Both the position numbers and the translations under genes were made by a program. From assembly GCA_003153775.1 (NCBI GenBank), contig PMBI01000011.1, positions 109,427-173,426 of the forward strand: 64,000 bases of DNA, given 5' to 3'. Positions 59,733-64,000 of this stretch are shown piece by piece. The notes beneath the pieces were generated by a model. That model saw only the letters and a list, made by a program, of their open reading frames with translations. It was not told where the DNA came from and made no database searches. The stretch's first letter is position 1; each line of letters begins with the position of its first letter. This DNA comes from Syntrophaceae bacterium. GTDB lineage: Bacteria; Desulfobacterota; Syntrophia; Syntrophales; UBA2185.

Positions 59733-62024
59733 ATGATTGCTTATCGAAAAATATTGATAGTGTGTTTTGCACTCTTTCTTTCTTCCTGTATGGCCAAGCC
59801 TGTTCTTACTGTAAAGAGCGCTGATATGTCCCGGGAAATTAAACAAAAAGCTCCGATTGTGACTAACGTTGATATTTCTCCGGATGGACGGTATGTTTTA
59901 TCGGGCAGTTTTGACTCTTTTATCCTCTGGGACATTCTGCAAGGGAAAAAAATACAAACATTCACCCATCCCAAGGGTTATATGGGCGATCCAACCGCGG
60001 TCGCTTTTTCGCCTGATGGAAAATATTTTGCTTCCAGTGGCAAAGGGACAAAACTTTGGGATTTAGCCACAAGACAAGAAATGAGGACAATCGGAAACCA
60101 GAGGACCACTTCTATTGTCTTTTCTCCTGATGAAAAGTATGTCCTTACGGGAGAGTATTTAGACCGTATGATTCTATGGGATATGGAATCTGGCAAAGTG
60201 ATGAAAGAATTTAAAAAAGGAGGATTATCGTCTGTGGCTATCTCTCCAGATGGAAGGTACGCCTTATCAGGTCAAAGGGCTGGCAAGATTATTTTATGGA
60301 ATTCTTTAACAGGTAATGAGATCAAAAGCGTCAAAGCTGACCATGCGGTTTTTTCGCCTATGGCTGAAGTTCGATCTGTAGCATTTTCGCCAGACGGGAA
60401 ATACGCCCTCTCCGGCGGGTTTGACAATATTTTAAAACTTTGGGATATTCCGGCACTCACTGAGATAAAAACATTCAAAGGTCATACGGGTCTTTCAGGA
60501 ATCAGCTCCGTAGCTTTTTCACCTGACGGCAAATATGGCTTATCAGGGGGTTTTGATAGTCAGGTGATAATATGGGATTTAGCATCAGGATCTCAATGGA
60601 GAGTTCTTGCTGGACATACCGGCATGTACGGCGCTTCGGCTAAATTTGTCCCCAATGGCAAGTATGTAATATCCACAGGAGATGCTTCTACAAGAATATG
60701 GGATGTATCTACAGGAGAAGAAGTTGCTTCCATGATTGCTTTTGAAGATGGAGAATGGATTATTACAACATCAAATGGTTATTACAGCGCCTCTCCTAAA
60801 GGTGATCAGTATCTTCAGGTGAAAGTTGGCGCTAAAGAATATAGCATAGAGCAATTGCGAGAGAGTTTTTACCGCCCCGACCTCGTTAAGGTTGCGCTTT
60901 CCGGCGGGTCTTTGAAGGAACTCAAAAAGGTGGCAGATGTAAAACCGCCTCCGGTTGTAGCGATAGTTGATACGCCAAAAAGTATTGATAAGAGCGATGC
61001 CGTTATAACCTTAAAGATTTCCGATGCCGGCGGTGGGATTGGCGATATAAGACTATATCTCAATGGTTCCGCAGTTATGCTGGACAGCACAAGAGGCGTG
61101 AAAATTGTCGCTTCCAATCAGAACGAAATCTATAAAACATATAAACTGAAATTTTCCAATGGCTTGAACTTGATACGAGCCATTGCCTTTAATGCCGATA
61201 ATACAATGCAGAGCACAGACGCTATTCATGAGATAATAGCATCGTATAAATCGATTGGAAGGCCTTCTCTTTATGCTCTTGTAATTGGCATCAACGAATA
61301 TAAAAATCCCAAGCTCCAACTTAACTACGCTGTCGCCGATGCAACACTCTTTGCCAACACCCTTGAGAAGGGTGCATCGCCTCTTTTTGACAAGGTGGCT
61401 GTAAAAAGGCTTTCCTTAAAAGAAGAGACAACGAGGGAAAACATAATGAAAGAACTTAAGGCCATGCAGTCTTTAAATCCTGATGATTTGTTTGTCTTAT
61501 ATGTGGCGAGCCATGGCACAGTTGACGATGGAGAATATTTTCTCATCACCTCGAATGTAGGATCAACGCGGACAGAGAGACTCAAGACCGACGCCATTGG
61601 TCAGAAGGTATTCAAGGAACTTGTAGGTAATATCCCTGCCACAAAAAAGCTGATCATCATCGATACATGCAATGCGGGGGCTTTGGGTGAGGCAATCCAG
61701 GTGGCGATGCTGACGAGAGGCATGAGCGAGGACACGGCGATGAAGATCCTGAGCCGGGCGGTGGGCTCGACCATTCTTTCGGCATCTACTTCTGTGCAGG
61801 AAGCGCTGGAGGGCTATCAGGGTCATGGATTGTTCACTTACGTGCTGGCAGAAGGATTGAAAGGAAAAGCCGACAAGGGAAATACAGGTTATGTGAAGAC
61901 GACAGAGCTTGCGGATTATGTGGACAATGAGGTGCCTACCCTGGCGGAGAAGATATTCAAGAAAGCCCAGTATCCCACGATATCAATAAGCGGTCAGGCC
62001 TTCCCGATAGGAAAAGTGAGGTAA
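59733..62024 (+). CDS. WD40-repeat + caspase (C14) lipoprotein
   Basis: Lipobox LSSC; about 7 WD repeats (SPDG..WD); LVIGINEY, ASHG, IDTC, GHGLFT. Confidence 0.92.
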   Translation: MIAYRKILIVCFALFLSSCMAKPVLTVKSADMSREIKQKAPIVTNVDISPDGRYVLSGSFDSFILWDILQGKKIQTFTHPKGYMGDPTAVAFSPDGKYFASSGKGTKLWDLATRQEMRTIGNQRTTSIVFSPDEKYVLTGEYLDRMILWDMESGKVMKEFKKGGLSSVAISPDGRYALSGQRAGKIILWNSLTGNEIKSVKADHAVFSPMAEVRSVAFSPDGKYALSGGFDNILKLWDIPALTEIKTFKGHTGLSGISSVAFSPDGKYGLSGGFDSQVIIWDLASGSQWRVLAGHTGMYGASAKFVPNGKYVISTGDASTRIWDVSTGEEVASMIAFEDGEWIITTSNGYYSASPKGDQYLQVKVGAKEYSIEQLRESFYRPDLVKVALSGGSLKELKKVADVKPPPVVAIVDTPKSIDKSDAVITLKISDAGGGIGDIRLYLNGSAVMLDSTRGVKIVASNQNEIYKTYKLKFSNGLNLIRAIAFNADNTMQSTDAIHEIIASYKSIGRPSLYALVIGINEYKNPKLQLNYAVADATLFANTLEKGASPLFDKVAVKRLSLKEETTRENIMKELKAMQSLNPDDLFVLYVASHGTVDDGEYFLITSNVGSTRTERLKTDAIGQKVFKELVGNIPATKKLIIIDTCNAGALGEAIQVAMLTRGMSEDTAMKILSRAVGSTILSASTSVQEALEGYQGHGLFTYVLAEGLKGKADKGNTGYVKTTELADYVDNEVPTLAEKIFKKAQYPTISISGQAFPIGKVR

Positions 62025-62190
62025 AATTGCTTGTTATTAGCAATTAATTGCTCCACGGCAAAATGGTGATCAGCCTCACTATGCGGACAACAAGATTTCA
62101 TTTCGTAATCATCAACATCTGGGCTTGTCAAAGTTATTTAGTAGTAGGTGTACTCATTAACGGCGTGCTTTCCGTTCTTGTATTGATTTA

Positions 62191-62256
62191 TCAAACGCGG
62201 AATAGAATCTTGAGAATATCGACATCCCGGACGTTGTAGTCTTTTCTCTCCAGTCG
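62191..62256 (-). pseudogene. degenerate duplicate of the ychF 3' end
   Basis: RLERKDYNVRDVDILKILFRV* vs RLEGKDYIVRNGDILSIRFSV*; 47/66 nt identical to 63765-63830 by hand alignment. Confidence 0.85.
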
Positions 62257-62378
62257 CCCCGCTAAAAATTATTGACAATCTTTTGGATTTACATATCATA
62301 ATCGCGCATAGTCAATTGCGTGGCAATCCAATGCCAACCAACTGAGATCAACATGTCATAACGGGGGGAGGAACCACT

Positions 62379-63689
62379 ATGAAAATCTTCAGACGAATAA
62401 TGGAAGCGACAGTAGTGTTCTTGTTGTTGGTTACAATAGCCGATGCTCAGGGCCTTCCGAAAGCGAGAACTCCCGAAGAAGTGGGACTCTCATCTGAACG
62501 ACTGAAGAGAATTTCCACAACATTGCAGGCCGATGTCGATAAGGGGGCGATTCCGGGCGCAGTCGTGATGGTTGTCCGTAAAGGCAGAGTCGCTTACTAT
62601 GAGTCTTTCGGCTACCAGGATCGTGAGAAGAAAATCCCCATGCAGCGCGATTCGATCTTTCGCGTTGCCTCCATGACGAAGCCATTCACTTCAGTTGCCG
62701 TCATGATATTGGTCGAAGAGGGCAAGATCCAATTGGGCTACCCCGTCTCCCGCTATCTACCGGAGTTCAAAGACCTGAAGGTGGGCATCGAGAAAACTGA
62801 CTCGGCGACCGGAAAGAAGGAACTGGTTTTGGTACCGGCCGATCGTGAGATGACGGTCCAGGATTTGATGCGGCACACCTCCGGGCTCACTTACGGCATT
62901 TTCGGCAAATCAATGGTTAAGGACCTCTATAATGTGAAAGGCGGAAACCCGTTCGATTTTAAGCAGACAAATGCGGAAATGGTGACCAAGCTCTCAAAAT
63001 TGCCTCTCCAGTATCAACCAGGCACGACGTGGGACTATTCGATGTCTACCGATGTGCTCGGGCGCATAGTCGAAGTTGCTTCGGGTATGGAATTGGATGC
63101 CTTTATTGCAGAGAGGATCACGAAGCCGCTGAGGCTCTCTGACAGCGGCTTCTGGGCGGAGGGAGAAAAGCGGGCCATGCGCATCGCCGAACCGCAAGTG
63201 GATCCGGCGACCGGCAAAAGGCCTGGGCTTTTCCATGACTCGATGCAGCGCCCAAAATGGATAGCAGGCGGCGCGGGCATGGTATCGACAGCCTCTGATT
63301 ACGCGCGCTTCTGCCAGATGCTTCTTAATGGCGGCACGCTGGAGGGCGTTCGTCTGGTTTCACCTAAAACGATTGAGCTAATGTCAGCCAACCATCTTCC
63401 CCCCGGCGTTAAATTCAGCCCCGTAAGCTACACATTGTTCGAAGCAATAACGCCGAGTCCGGAAGTAGGGCAGGGCTTTGGGTTGGGTTTTGCGGTGCGC
63501 ACCAAGACGGGCAGAAATGCACTGCATGGGTCAGTAGGTGATTACTTTTGGGCGGGGGCATATGGGACGTATTTCTGGATCGACCCGAAAGAACAGATGG
63601 CTGTTGTCCTGATGATGCATGCACCACCCCAGCGCTTACACTACCGCTACCTGATGCGGGGCCTCGTATACCAGGCTATTGTAAGGTAG
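62379..63689 (+). CDS. exported serine hydrolase (beta-lactamase class C / EstB family)
   Basis: Signal peptide; ASMTK, LMRHTSG, WDYS, WAGAYGTYFWIDP. Confidence 0.9.
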   Translation: MKIFRRIMEATVVFLLLVTIADAQGLPKARTPEEVGLSSERLKRISTTLQADVDKGAIPGAVVMVVRKGRVAYYESFGYQDREKKIPMQRDSIFRVASMTKPFTSVAVMILVEEGKIQLGYPVSRYLPEFKDLKVGIEKTDSATGKKELVLVPADREMTVQDLMRHTSGLTYGIFGKSMVKDLYNVKGGNPFDFKQTNAEMVTKLSKLPLQYQPGTTWDYSMSTDVLGRIVEVASGMELDAFIAERITKPLRLSDSGFWAEGEKRAMRIAEPQVDPATGKRPGLFHDSMQRPKWIAGGAGMVSTASDYARFCQMLLNGGTLEGVRLVSPKTIELMSANHLPPGVKFSPVSYTLFEAITPSPEVGQGFGLGFAVRTKTGRNALHGSVGDYFWAGAYGTYFWIDPKEQMAVVLMMHAPPQRLHYRYLMRGLVYQAIVR

Positions 63690-63764
63690 GATAGAAGTCG
63701 TCGTTGAGGAGAGTTCCAAGCGGGCTGTTCCCTTTTCGGTAGCGGCTATCTTTGCGTTGCGTCA

Positions 63765-64000
63765 TCAAACGCTGAAGCGGATGCTGAGGATATCGCCGTT
63801 GCGCACGATGTAATCCTTTCCTTCGAGCCGGAAGTGGCCGTTCTCGCGCACTCCCTTTTCGGAGCCGCATTCGATTAACTCATCGTAGGTAAAGCACTCC
63901 GCACGGATGAATCCTCGTGCAAGGTCGGTGTGGATGGCGCCCGCTGCATTCACGGCGGTATCGCCGCCGCAGATACTCCAAGCGCGGACTTCATCTTCGC
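63765..64000 (-). CDS. ychF: redox-regulated ATPase YchF, 3' part (gene starts beyond the window)
   Basis: EVRAW..AAGAIHTDLARGFIRAE..RLEGKDYIV..GDI..RF.V*. Confidence 0.93.
   Translation of the reverse strand, partial: EDEVRAWSICGGDTAVNAAGAIHTDLARGFIRAECFTYDELIECGSEKGVRENGHFRLEGKDYIVRNGDILSIRFSV

Noticed and set aside
1-64000. CRISPR array or Craspase/gasdermin-type defence locus suggested by the CHAT genes
   Set aside because: No regularly spaced repeats, cas genes or recognisable gasdermin-like effector seen; the CHAT proteins carry export signals.

Overview
64-kb chromosomal window from an anaerobe whose gene content resembles Desulfobacterota/Syntrophales (inference). Housekeeping genes (tag, hcp, tRNA-Gln, glnS, cpoB, sppA, tatA, btsSR-cstA, cls, ychF 3' end) are interleaved with accessory genes. 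Main observations: (1) three selenoprotein genes that the ORF track splits or truncates at an in-frame UGA, each with a SECIS-like hairpin (peroxiredoxin-like, OsmC-like, C_GCAxxG_C_C); (2) five intact, apparently exported caspase-superfamily proteases (three TPR-CHAT lipoproteins, a WD40-caspase lipoprotein, and a caspase fused to an HtrA-PDZ module lacking its catalytic Ser) plus a CHAT remnant; (3) a sigma54-driven CoA-ester catabolic operon with two different 4-hydroxybutyryl-CoA dehydratase-family paralogs; (4) an unannotated proline-rich leader peptide upstream of an NRAMP-type Mg2+ transporter; (5) three cargo blocks, each flanked by a degenerate duplicate of a neighbouring gene end; (6) an aromatic-rich short type IV pilin. 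No CRISPR array or rRNA was seen. All calls come from reading the sequence; no database search was run.
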